This document shows, piece by piece, positions 56,642-63,905 of a stretch of DNA of 64,000 bases. The notes under the pieces are model-generated. The model made no database searches. It saw only the letters and a program-made list of their open reading frames with translations, and was not told the origin of the DNA. Origin of the DNA: a virus (lineage: Duplodnaviria > Caudoviricetes); IMG/VR virus record IMGVR_UViG_3300043447_000415, positions 8,568 to 72,567 of that record. One strand, 5' to 3'. Position 1 is the stretch's first letter, and each line of letters begins with the position of its first letter. The translations under genes and the position numbers were made by a program.

Positions 56642-58195
56642 ATGACAATAAATTCTTCAGAAGTTGCGACAATCGCCCACAACGCAGTTGTCGCAAAACT
56701 GCACGAACCCTCTCGCTCACTGAAACTTCGTGTGCAGTCGCTGCTGTCCTACAAAGTTGAAGCTGCCGAACATTCAGCATCCTTCAAGATGGGCAACTGG
56801 GACGGTCGGAGCTCGTTCTTCGACTTTCGTACCGGCAGCTTTCCGGCTGGGTTCGTGAGCTTCGTGGCGGGCAACCTGACTCGCGAGGGCTACCGGATCA
56901 ACCGGGTTCGCAAGCCGCTGCCACTGCCGCTCGGGCCCGAGAAGCCCAAGGTGGACGCTTTCCCCGAAGACCCGCGCTACGACTACCAGATGGACACGGT
57001 CAACCGGCTTCTGAAGCACGGCACGATGATCGCCCAGATCGCCACGGGCGGCGGCAAGTCACGAATCGCTCGCCTGGCCTTCATGCGGATCAACCGCCCC
57101 ACTCTTTTTCTGACGACTCGCGGCATTCTGATGTACCAGATGAAGGAGACGTTCGAGAAAGACCTCGGCGTGCCCTGCTCGGTGCTTGGAGATGGCCAAT
57201 TCGGTCACACCGACAAGGATGGCCGCCAGTTCATCAAGAAGATGTCGGTCGGCATGGTGCAAACGCTGGTGTCGCGCCTTCAGGAGGCCAATCCTGACGA
57301 TCCGGTGGACGTTCAGAACCGTCAGACCGCCATTCGCAACCAGACGATCGCCCTGCTGGGCAAGTTCGAGTTCGTGATCGGCGAAGAAGCTCACGAGGCG
57401 TCCGGCAACAGCTACTACGAGATTTTGCGCCACTGCAAGAACGCCCACTACCGCCTGGCGCTCACCGCCACGCCCTTCATGAAGGACAACGAAGAGTCGA
57501 ACATGCGCCTGATGGCCGCGTTCGGCTCGATCGGCATCAAGGTGTCCGAGAAGCTGCTGATCGAGCGCGGCATCTTGGCCAAGCCGATCTTCAAGATCGT
57601 GACACTCAAGGACAAGCCGAAGAACCTGATGCGGGGCACCCCCTGGCAGGGCGCCTACCGCCTGGGCATCGTCAACAACGACGAGCGCAACCGCCTGGTG
57701 GTGGCCGAGTCCGCTCGCGCGGCACGCCACGGTCTGTCTACGATGGTTCTCATCCAGCAGAAAGCACACGGTCATGCCTTGCTCGAGCTGATGGCACAAG
57801 CGGGCATTCGCGCTGAGTTCATCTACGGTGAGAACGACCAAGCCGAGCGCAAGAAAGCGCTTCAGAAGCTCGCCATCAACGAGGTGCAGGTGCTGATCGG
57901 TTCGACCATCCTGGACGTGGGCGTTGACGTTCCAGCGGTCGGTCTGGTGATCCTGGCGGGCGGGGGCAAAGCCGAGGTTGCGCTGCGCCAGCGAATCGGC
58001 CGTGGTTTGCGAGCCAAGAAGTCAGGCCCGAACGTCGCGCTGATCGTGGACTTCTACGACGAGCACAACCGCTACCTGAAGGAGCACAGCCTTCAGCGCA
58101 TCTCCATCATCAAGGGCACCGAGGGTTTCGGCGAGAACATCCTGCCCGACGGAGAAGATTTCGACTACGCCAAGCTGGGGCTCGCAAAAAAGTGA
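56642..58195 (+). CDS. SF2 DNA helicase (UvsW/DExH-like)
   Basis: ATGGGKS, EEAH, TATP, DVGVDVP, QRIGRGLR; ATG 56642 preferred. Confidence 0.9.
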   Translation: MTINSSEVATIAHNAVVAKLHEPSRSLKLRVQSLLSYKVEAAEHSASFKMGNWDGRSSFFDFRTGSFPAGFVSFVAGNLTREGYRINRVRKPLPLPLGPEKPKVDAFPEDPRYDYQMDTVNRLLKHGTMIAQIATGGGKSRIARLAFMRINRPTLFLTTRGILMYQMKETFEKDLGVPCSVLGDGQFGHTDKDGRQFIKKMSVGMVQTLVSRLQEANPDDPVDVQNRQTAIRNQTIALLGKFEFVIGEEAHEASGNSYYEILRHCKNAHYRLALTATPFMKDNEESNMRLMAAFGSIGIKVSEKLLIERGILAKPIFKIVTLKDKPKNLMRGTPWQGAYRLGIVNNDERNRLVVAESARAARHGLSTMVLIQQKAHGHALLELMAQAGIRAEFIYGENDQAERKKALQKLAINEVQVLIGSTILDVGVDVPAVGLVILAGGGKAEVALRQRIGRGLRAKKSGPNVALIVDFYDEHNRYLKEHSLQRISIIKGTEGFGENILPDGEDFDYAKLGLAKK

Positions 58196-58266
58196 CCGCC
58201 ATGTAACTCAGTCGTGACAAAAGGCATGCTTTTCAGGTAAAGTGCTACAAACCACGAAAGGCCGCC

Positions 58267-58458
58267 ATGAACCACGCTCTGCTTCTCAATTTTGCAATCA
58301 TCGGCTTGATCGTCGTTGCGCTCATTCTGACCAGCAATCCGCTGGCACTTCTGGGCATTGCGTTTCTTCGAGAGATGCCTTATGGTCTTCTTCAGCAGGA
58401 TGAAGAGGAAGAGGAAGAAAAGGGCCGACCCATCGGCTTCGTTCATTCCGACGATTGA
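58267..58458 (+). CDS. small membrane protein
   Basis: Two hydrophobic segments, acidic tail; operator/promoter upstream and terminator downstream. Confidence 0.65.
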   Translation: MNHALLLNFAIIGLIVVALILTSNPLALLGIAFLREMPYGLLQQDEEEEEEKGRPIGFVHSDD

Positions 58459-58509
58459 CTCTCTCCCGATCTATACTTGAACCATATCGAGTTTCAGACA
58501 CTCCTCCCA

Positions 58510-58535
58510 AGCCCCTCTTTAGGGGCTATTTTTTT
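58510..58535 (+). terminator. intrinsic terminator
   Basis: AGCCCCT/AGGGGCT stem plus ATTTTTTT. Confidence 0.82.
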
Positions 58536-58614
58536 GTTCTAAGTTTGTATAAGTTTTAGCAGTTCTTTGCTATACTACATTCAGCAACTTTGCTGAAACT
58601 CACCGGAGAAACTT

Positions 58615-58890
58615 ATGACTACACCCAAACGCACCGCCATCGTTCTTGAAGCCGACATCCAAGAGAAGGTGGCTACGATCGCCAAGACCTACAAGCTGTC
58701 CCAGGGCATCGTGATCCAGACCATGATGGACATGGTGGGCAATACCCCCGAGTTCGACACCGCGCTCAAGGCCAAGCGCGAAGACAAGGTCAGCAACCGC
58801 ACCGGCAAGACCGCCATTCTGAAGAAGCTCTCGAAGCTGAGCGCCGAAGAGCTCGAGGAGTTGGCCAAGAGCCTGAAAGTCGGCGAATGA
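58615..58890 (+). CDS. small basic, possibly ribbon-helix-helix DNA-binding protein
   Basis: RTAIVL strand then helices; RBS GGAG; extended -10 TGcTATACT at 58568-58576. Confidence 0.55.
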   Translation: MTTPKRTAIVLEADIQEKVATIAKTYKLSQGIVIQTMMDMVGNTPEFDTALKAKREDKVSNRTGKTAILKKLSKLSAEELEELAKSLKVGE

Positions 58891-59372
58891 CACCCGAGCA
58901 GTACCTGGCCGTGGCTCGTCAGTGCGGGGCCACGATCTACACCAACCGTCACTACCCACTTCAGCCAGCGGTGGCGTTTGGCCACTCAGCCTGGCTGAAG
59001 TTCTGCGAGAAGCTGGAAAAACCAGCCCCGAATGCTCTGTCAGTCGTGACGGATGACCCCTGCCCTGGCTGCAAACCCGGAGTCACATGCCGCACACCGA
59101 GCTGCGGAAGGCTCGGCAAGATCAACCTGGCCAAAGCCAGCGAGATTGGCCATACCGTCGATCAAGCGCTCAGGGCCTGGGGCAAGAACAACGCCGTAAC
59201 CGCGACCTTCAAGCTGGACGAACACGAGTCGCTGACCTTCCACCCGCTCGAGCAGAACGGCGGAAAGACGGGCTGGCCACCGAGCCTGCTCCAAGACGAC
59301 AGTCGCAAGCTCTCGAAGTGGTTTGCCTCACGCATCGACGCGCTCTACGTCCTCAGAAAGAACCTGAAATGA
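58887..59372 (+). CDS. hypothetical protein
   Basis: ATGA-coupled; CPGC..CRTPSC. Confidence 0.6.
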   Translation: MTPEQYLAVARQCGATIYTNRHYPLQPAVAFGHSAWLKFCEKLEKPAPNALSVVTDDPCPGCKPGVTCRTPSCGRLGKINLAKASEIGHTVDQALRAWGKNNAVTATFKLDEHESLTFHPLEQNGGKTGWPPSLLQDDSRKLSKWFASRIDALYVLRKNLK

Positions 59373-59572
59373 AATTCCTCGACCCCGTCTTCGCTCTCTT
59401 TGCCGTCGGTGTAGGTATCGGCTTCGGCAGCCTGTACGCGTACCACCACGAGCAGAACGAACTGAACCGCAAGGCGTACTACGAGTGCCTGCGCGTGACC
59501 GAAGAGATCGCCAAAGCCGACAACCAGAACGGCATTCGGATCGTGTCCACTCCAACCTGCCGACTGCCATGA
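59369..59572 (+). CDS. small TM protein (67 aa)
   Basis: ATGA-coupled on both sides. Confidence 0.6.
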   Translation: MKFLDPVFALFAVGVGIGFGSLYAYHHEQNELNRKAYYECLRVTEEIAKADNQNGIRIVSTPTCRLP

Positions 59573-59772
59573 CCATCGAAATCCACGACATCATTCAAGT
59601 GAACCCCGCCGTTGAGGTCTTTGGAGGCTGCATGGTCGTCGTCACCGAGGTGAAGAGCTGGGGTATTCAAGGCTACGTGCAGAACGCCGGTCAGGATGGC
59701 CAGGCGTACATTCGTCTGAAGACCGAAGACTTCGAGCCAACGGGCGGGAAAGCGATCTGGGTGGCTGCATGA
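59569..59772 (+). CDS. hypothetical protein (67 aa)
   Basis: ATGA-coupled. Confidence 0.62.
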   Translation: MTIEIHDIIQVNPAVEVFGGCMVVVTEVKSWGIQGYVQNAGQDGQAYIRLKTEDFEPTGGKAIWVAA

Positions 59773-60122
59773 TTACGACCGAGCAAGCCTACGAAATGGG
59801 TGCCAAAGGCGCCACACCCACCGAAGCCGAGCGTCTGCTCTTCGAGGCGTGGATGCGCGGTCACTGCTGGTCGGTCTCGGGCGACTGGGACGGGACAACC
59901 TACGTTCACGAGTCTGAGCGCAACCTCAGACAGGTCCACCCCGGTGCGATGAACACTCGGATGCTCTGGGCTGCCTGGCGCGATCGTGCTGCTCTTGAGA
60001 ACGATCGTGCTCGGGATGAGAACGATTCGGTGGCGATCGACCGAGCTTGCTTTGACCGAGGCTGTGCTTGCTTCGATCCTCGCATCGACAAGGACGCAGT
60101 CATCGTGGAGAGGCGCTCATGA
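59769..60122 (+). CDS. hypothetical protein
   Basis: ATGA-coupled. Confidence 0.6.
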   Translation: MITTEQAYEMGAKGATPTEAERLLFEAWMRGHCWSVSGDWDGTTYVHESERNLRQVHPGAMNTRMLWAAWRDRAALENDRARDENDSVAIDRACFDRGCACFDPRIDKDAVIVERRS

Positions 60123-60349
60123 AGCGCGTCGTCACAACTCCGAAGGGCCACACCTACATGTCAGTGTGGCGCGAGAATGGCCAGCTCAAGATGGAGCTTC
60201 AAACCGGCTACGTCATCAACCTCGACGAGAAGACGATTCCGCAGCTTCGGAGCATCCTTGAAGACATGGAGCTCGAGATGGCGCCCACTCCGCCGTGGAG
60301 AAGTCAGCGCGAGACAGCTCCGAAGACGAGCGTGGGAGAAGCGTGGTGA
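60119..60349 (+). CDS. hypothetical protein (76 aa)
   Basis: ATGA-coupled. Confidence 0.58.
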   Translation: MKRVVTTPKGHTYMSVWRENGQLKMELQTGYVINLDEKTIPQLRSILEDMELEMAPTPPWRSQRETAPKTSVGEAW

Positions 60350-60744
60350 GGGTCTTGGTGTGTGGTGGACGCGACTTCACCGACGGGGATTTCGTGAACT
60401 GGTGCCTGGACACGCTTCACGCGAAGAAACCCATCACACTCATCATCCACGGGTGTGCACAGGGCGCGGACACGCTCGGAGAGAAATGGGCCGCCAGGCA
60501 GGACGGTGTCACCTCTTACGGGGTTCCTGCGGACTGGAAGAAGCACGGGTCTCGAGCTGGACCTGTTCGGAATCGGTTGATGCTCGAGCACGGCAAGCCA
60601 CAGTTGGTGCTGGCGTTCGAGGGCGGGGCAGGTACACGCGACATGACGAGTGCGGCGACAGCCGCAGGAGTCAGGGTGGTCTTTGCCGAGAAGCTGAGGG
60701 CTCATTCTCCATTCGCGAACAGCGAACGGGGTGTGGACGTATAA
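60346..60744 (+). CDS. SLOG-superfamily protein (DUF2493/YspA-like)
   Basis: RVLVCGGRDF, IIHGCAQGAD, AGPVRNRLML, FEGGAGTRDM. Confidence 0.85.
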   Translation: MRVLVCGGRDFTDGDFVNWCLDTLHAKKPITLIIHGCAQGADTLGEKWAARQDGVTSYGVPADWKKHGSRAGPVRNRLMLEHGKPQLVLAFEGGAGTRDMTSAATAAGVRVVFAEKLRAHSPFANSERGVDV

Positions 60745-60861
60745 GGATTGGGTATCGGGTCTCGGAAAATGGGAGCCGGGGTGTGGGTTCCGGAGCCTAT
60801 GTATAAGGATCGGGGATTGGGGTCTCGGGGCCTGTATAAGGGAGGGTAGTTTTGGGTCTGG
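60739..60861 (+). repeat. three G-rich GTATAAGG...GGGTCT units
   Basis: Copies start at 60739, 60801 and 60834. Confidence 0.65.
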
Positions 60862-60905
60862 AATGAGGAAGGGGTCGCCCACCGACCTCGCGGATTTTCC
60901 TAAGA

Positions 60906-60937
60906 CTTTGGTTCACAGATTTAATTGTGAACCAAAG
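60906..60937. repeat. perfect 12-bp inverted repeat
   Basis: CTTTGGTTCACA-N8-TGTGAACCAAAG. Confidence 0.9.
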
Positions 60938-60996
60938 TGATAATCAATATTGCATTATAATAATACCTGCAATCGCGATTATATATAATACAAAAA

Positions 60997-61015
60997 GAAA
61001 ATGATTATCATTATC
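60997..61015. promoter_or_regulatory. Fur box-like site
   Basis: GAAAATGATTATCATTATC, 17/19 to the consensus GATAATGATAATCATTATC. Confidence 0.62.
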
Positions 61016-61065
61016 GAACCACTTGCAAAATGAATTGAACATTATATTATCTTTCGGTCATTTGA

Positions 61066-61108
61066 GATAATGAGAATCGAGATATTATTATCTCGATTCT
61101 CGATTATC
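61066..61108. repeat. 43-bp near-perfect palindrome
   Basis: GATAAT-GAGAATCGAGATA-ttat-TATCTCGATTCTC-g-ATTATC. Confidence 0.9.
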
Positions 61109-61110
61109 AA

Positions 61111-61725
61111 TTAAGCATAAAATGCAATAATTGTTTTTGCAGTTTCATTATCGTTGAATTGAAATTCATCACCGTTTTTGCGCTTAGTTACATTCGCGAT
61201 ATTCAAAATGTTAAGCATTTGACGTGTCGATGATGCTTGAGTCGATGCGGTAGAAACTGCAACATTGATTGTGCGTTTGATTTCTTGCACTTTATCAAGC
61301 TCTGAATATTCGATTGACTTAGATAATGCAATCAAAGCAGATTTATTTGTAATCTCTTGCAGTTTGACCATATTCGATATAATGCTATTTGAATAACCAT
61401 CAATAAATGATTTTGTATTATTCGCAAGAGAATAAATCATTTTGCGAATTTTTTGCAGTGCATACACTGCAACAAAATCAACATTTGATTTCTCGATAAT
61501 CGAGATTTTACGTGCGAGATTTTGAATATCGATTATGTGAGAAACTTTATTCAAAATGATTTGACCATTATTATCTGCAAAGAATTTATATTCAGTTTGC
61601 AGATTATCTTTTTGGTTTTCGTTTGGTGCGCTATCAATGCGCACTTGAATAGCGCTCAAGATCAGCGCTTGAAAATCAACTGTAATCTGTGCGGTTGCTT
61701 TGGTTGCTTTGGTTGCTTTGGTCAT
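61111..61725 (-). CDS. low-GC hypothetical protein with KAT-repeat N-terminus
   Basis: 204 aa; RBS TGAGG; extended -10 TGaTATAAT at 61797-61805; GC about 25-35% in the lines tallied. Confidence 0.75.
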   Translation of the reverse strand: MTKATKATKATAQITVDFQALILSAIQVRIDSAPNENQKDNLQTEYKFFADNNGQIILNKVSHIIDIQNLARKISIIEKSNVDFVAVYALQKIRKMIYSLANNTKSFIDGYSNSIISNMVKLQEITNKSALIALSKSIEYSELDKVQEIKRTINVAVSTASTQASSTRQMLNILNIANVTKRKNGDEFQFNDNETAKTIIAFYA

Positions 61726-62087
61726 GATGAAACCTCATAAGTGAGTGTTGAAAAAAACCGCTTTGCGGTATGCACTGTTTTTCAGTGCATGAATGAATTA
61801 TATCAAGTCTTTTTGTGTCTGGGGTGACTTTTTGCACTTTTCGCAAAATAAATTTGTGCAAAGTGTTGTTTTTCAGCGGATCAATTCTAAGGTGGTTTCC
61901 CGCGCTTTTGAGCGGTTTTGATGCAAGTCTAAGCAACTGCACCAGACCACACACAAAAACCGCTCTGGCGCGGTTCTGGTGGGTTTGAAACCTTCTGTTT
62001 TCAAATAAATTTGAAAACCAAGGTCCGCATGGAGGTTGGAGCGACTTCGCCGGGACCGGCTTTTCACAATGCGGGGTGGAGGTGGAA

Positions 62088-62206
62088 GTCTTATAGGAGA
62101 CCCGCTTGGGTCTTATAGGAGACCGGAGACCGGCGGTGGGTCTTGGGTCTCCTAGGAGACCGGTCTTATGTCTTATAGGAGACCCACGGCACTCTCCTAG
62201 GAGACC
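62088..62206. repeat. five GTCT(TA/CC)TAGGAGACC units
   Basis: Copies near 62088, 62110, 62146 (perfect palindrome GGTCTCCTAGGAGACC), 62170 and 62193. Confidence 0.85.
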
Positions 62207-62212
62207 CAGGTT

Positions 62213-62290
62213 CGCTTATATAAGCCTCCGGTTATATTCGCCTCCGCTTACTTAAGCCGCCGCTTATATGGATGCCCGCTTATATAAGCC
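62213..62290. repeat. GCTTATATAAGC palindrome family
   Basis: Perfect copies near 62214 and 62278; degenerate copies between them. Confidence 0.75.
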
Positions 62291-62339
62291 GAGGCTGATG
62301 CGCCCTAGGGGCTGCACCCTACTCCCTAGGCGTCTTCGC

Positions 62340-62506
62340 ACTTCGCCCTAGCCGTACCCCAACTTCAACCTAGCCGTACTCCTAGGGAACTTCTCACTTC
62401 GCCCTAGCCGTACTCCAACTTCGACCCAGCCGTACTCCTAGGCTCGTCCTTACTTCGACCCAGCCGTACTCCTGAAGGGCTGCTTACTTCGCCCTGCCCG
62501 TACTCC
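62340..62506 (+). repeat. six 21-bp iteron-like direct repeats ACTTCG(C/A)CC(T/C)AGCCGTACTCC
   Basis: Starts at 62340, 62362, 62396, 62418, 62452, 62486 (spacing 22/34/22/34/34). Confidence 0.9.
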
Positions 62507-62538
62507 TAGGCGTCCCTAGGCTTCGCCCGAGCTTTAAG

Positions 62539-62560
62539 AACCGAGCTCCTACGCTCGGTT
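62539..62560 (-). terminator. terminator-like hairpin after the 108-aa gene
   Basis: AACCGAGC/GCTCGGTT stem; weak U tract. Confidence 0.5.
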
Positions 62561-62566
62561 GGGTTC

Positions 62567-62893
62567 TTACATGTCCAAGTCGGTCGCGCTCATGTTGGCC
62601 ATCTCAGCGAGTGCTTCGCGGTAGGAGTCGTGTTTTGAGAACGCGATCAAGTCCCCTACCTTGTCGTCTACCGAGTTGGTGATTCCAAGAAACCAGAACT
62701 CGTCACCACCGTTGATGATCCAAACGATCGCGTAGTCGTTTCCATCGTTCGCGGTGAACAGGACTTCAGCGTGCTCCTCACTGTCGTTCTGACCGCTTAG
62801 GGCGTGACGAAACACGTCCAAGCTGTAACCGTAGGGGTTGGTGCGAAACGCGTGTTGGAGGTTGTTGAATGCTTCCAGAGAGATGTAGCGCAT
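62567..62893 (-). CDS. acidic hypothetical protein (108 aa)
   Basis: Own extended -10 TGtTATAAT at 62934-62942; hairpin after the stop. Confidence 0.68.
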   Translation of the reverse strand: MRYISLEAFNNLQHAFRTNPYGYSLDVFRHALSGQNDSEEHAEVLFTANDGNDYAIVWIINGGDEFWFLGITNSVDDKVGDLIAFSKHDSYREALAEMANMSATDLDM

Positions 62894-63100
62894 AGGGGCT
62901 TTCGGTGAATCACTGCAAAACCGCAGTGAAAGAATTATAACATCACCGATATTGGAAAGCGCAGGGGAGAGTGAATCTCCGAGCAGGTCTCCAACCGAGC
63001 ACCCTAGGAAGATGACTCCTAGGCATCCCTAGGCCGCAGCTCCTAGGCTCTACACGCAAAAACCGCCAACCTTGCCTATACAGCAAGGTGGCCGTACTCC

Positions 63101-63325
63101 TTAGATCGAACTGCCTGTGGCCGGTAGGTTGAACTCCTGGCCGACGAACTCATAGGGAAGGTCGTAACCGTCCGATTGAGCAACCAGACCAGGAGCGAGG
63201 TATGGAAGCAAAATCGCAGGAATCAGCGACTCGATCGGTTCGGGCACGTCAGGCGTCTGCTCCTGAACCGAGATGTGGAAGGTCTTGAAGCGAGCGTTGT
63301 AGGAGATGATTTTCACGTTCAGCAT
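63101..63325 (-). CDS. hypothetical protein (74 aa)
   Basis: RBS AGGAG before ATG 63325. Confidence 0.6.
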   Translation of the reverse strand: MLNVKIISYNARFKTFHISVQEQTPDVPEPIESLIPAILLPYLAPGLVAQSDGYDLPYEFVGQEFNLPATGSSI

Positions 63326-63579
63326 GGAGCGGTCTCCTTCACGCGCTTCTCGTGCTCTTCCAATTTGATGGTCAGGGCGTACACCTGCTCGATCACCAGG
63401 GGGTTCGTGTGGCCTGCTTCTTTCGCTTTCTCCAAGCACTCGATCGCGTAGGCCGGTGTGAAGAAGTAGATGGACGCTTCGTCAGCGCCAGGATGCTCAC
63501 CTGCTCCGAAGTAGTTGATGACGCGACACAGGAGGTCGGCCTCATCGTCGGTTAGGTGGCAGTTGTCGAGGATGTTCAT
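63319..63579 (-). CDS. hypothetical protein (86 aa)
   Basis: RBS AAGGA; overlaps the next gene. Confidence 0.62.
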   Translation of the reverse strand: MNILDNCHLTDDEADLLCRVINYFGAGEHPGADEASIYFFTPAYAIECLEKAKEAGHTNPLVIEQVYALTIKLEEHEKRVKETAPC

Positions 63580-63660
63580 CGGAGGTTCCTTTGCTCAGTG
63601 CGTCTTTGCACTGACTCAACTGTACCGAGCGATCCCAGGACAATGAGGTAGGCCGCAGGG

Positions 63661-63905
63661 AACCTTATAGGGAGATTGCGCACCTCGGCCTAGGCATTCC
63701 TAGGGGCAATCCATGCTTTTCTCCTAGGGAGATACTTTCCTAGGCCGAACCTTATAGAGCGTTGGAGGTGGAACCTTATAGGGGTAGGCCGGTACGCCTA
63801 GGCAACCTTATAGGGGAACTTCTGCACCGCCGTACCCTAATCGGTACGAACAGCCTGGTCGCCGTACCCTGAAATGGCCATGCTGCTGTCCACCCGTACC
63901 CTAGG
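63661..63905. repeat. second cluster of AACCTTATAG(G/A)G and CCTAGG motifs
   Basis: AACCTTATAG at 63661, 63748, 63772, 63804; CCTAGG at 63689, 63699, 63723, 63739, 63797, 63900. Confidence 0.8.

Noticed and set aside
60731-60940. 69-aa ORF over the G-rich repeats
   Set aside because: Low-complexity G/W content derived from non-coding repeats; no clear RBS
61066-61108. Protelomerase telRL site
   Set aside because: The centre (ttat) is not self-complementary, there is a bulge, and no protelomerase gene is in the window
62340-62506. CRISPR mini-array
   Set aside because: Gaps between the repeats are only 1 or 13 bp, too short for spacers; no leader or cas genes
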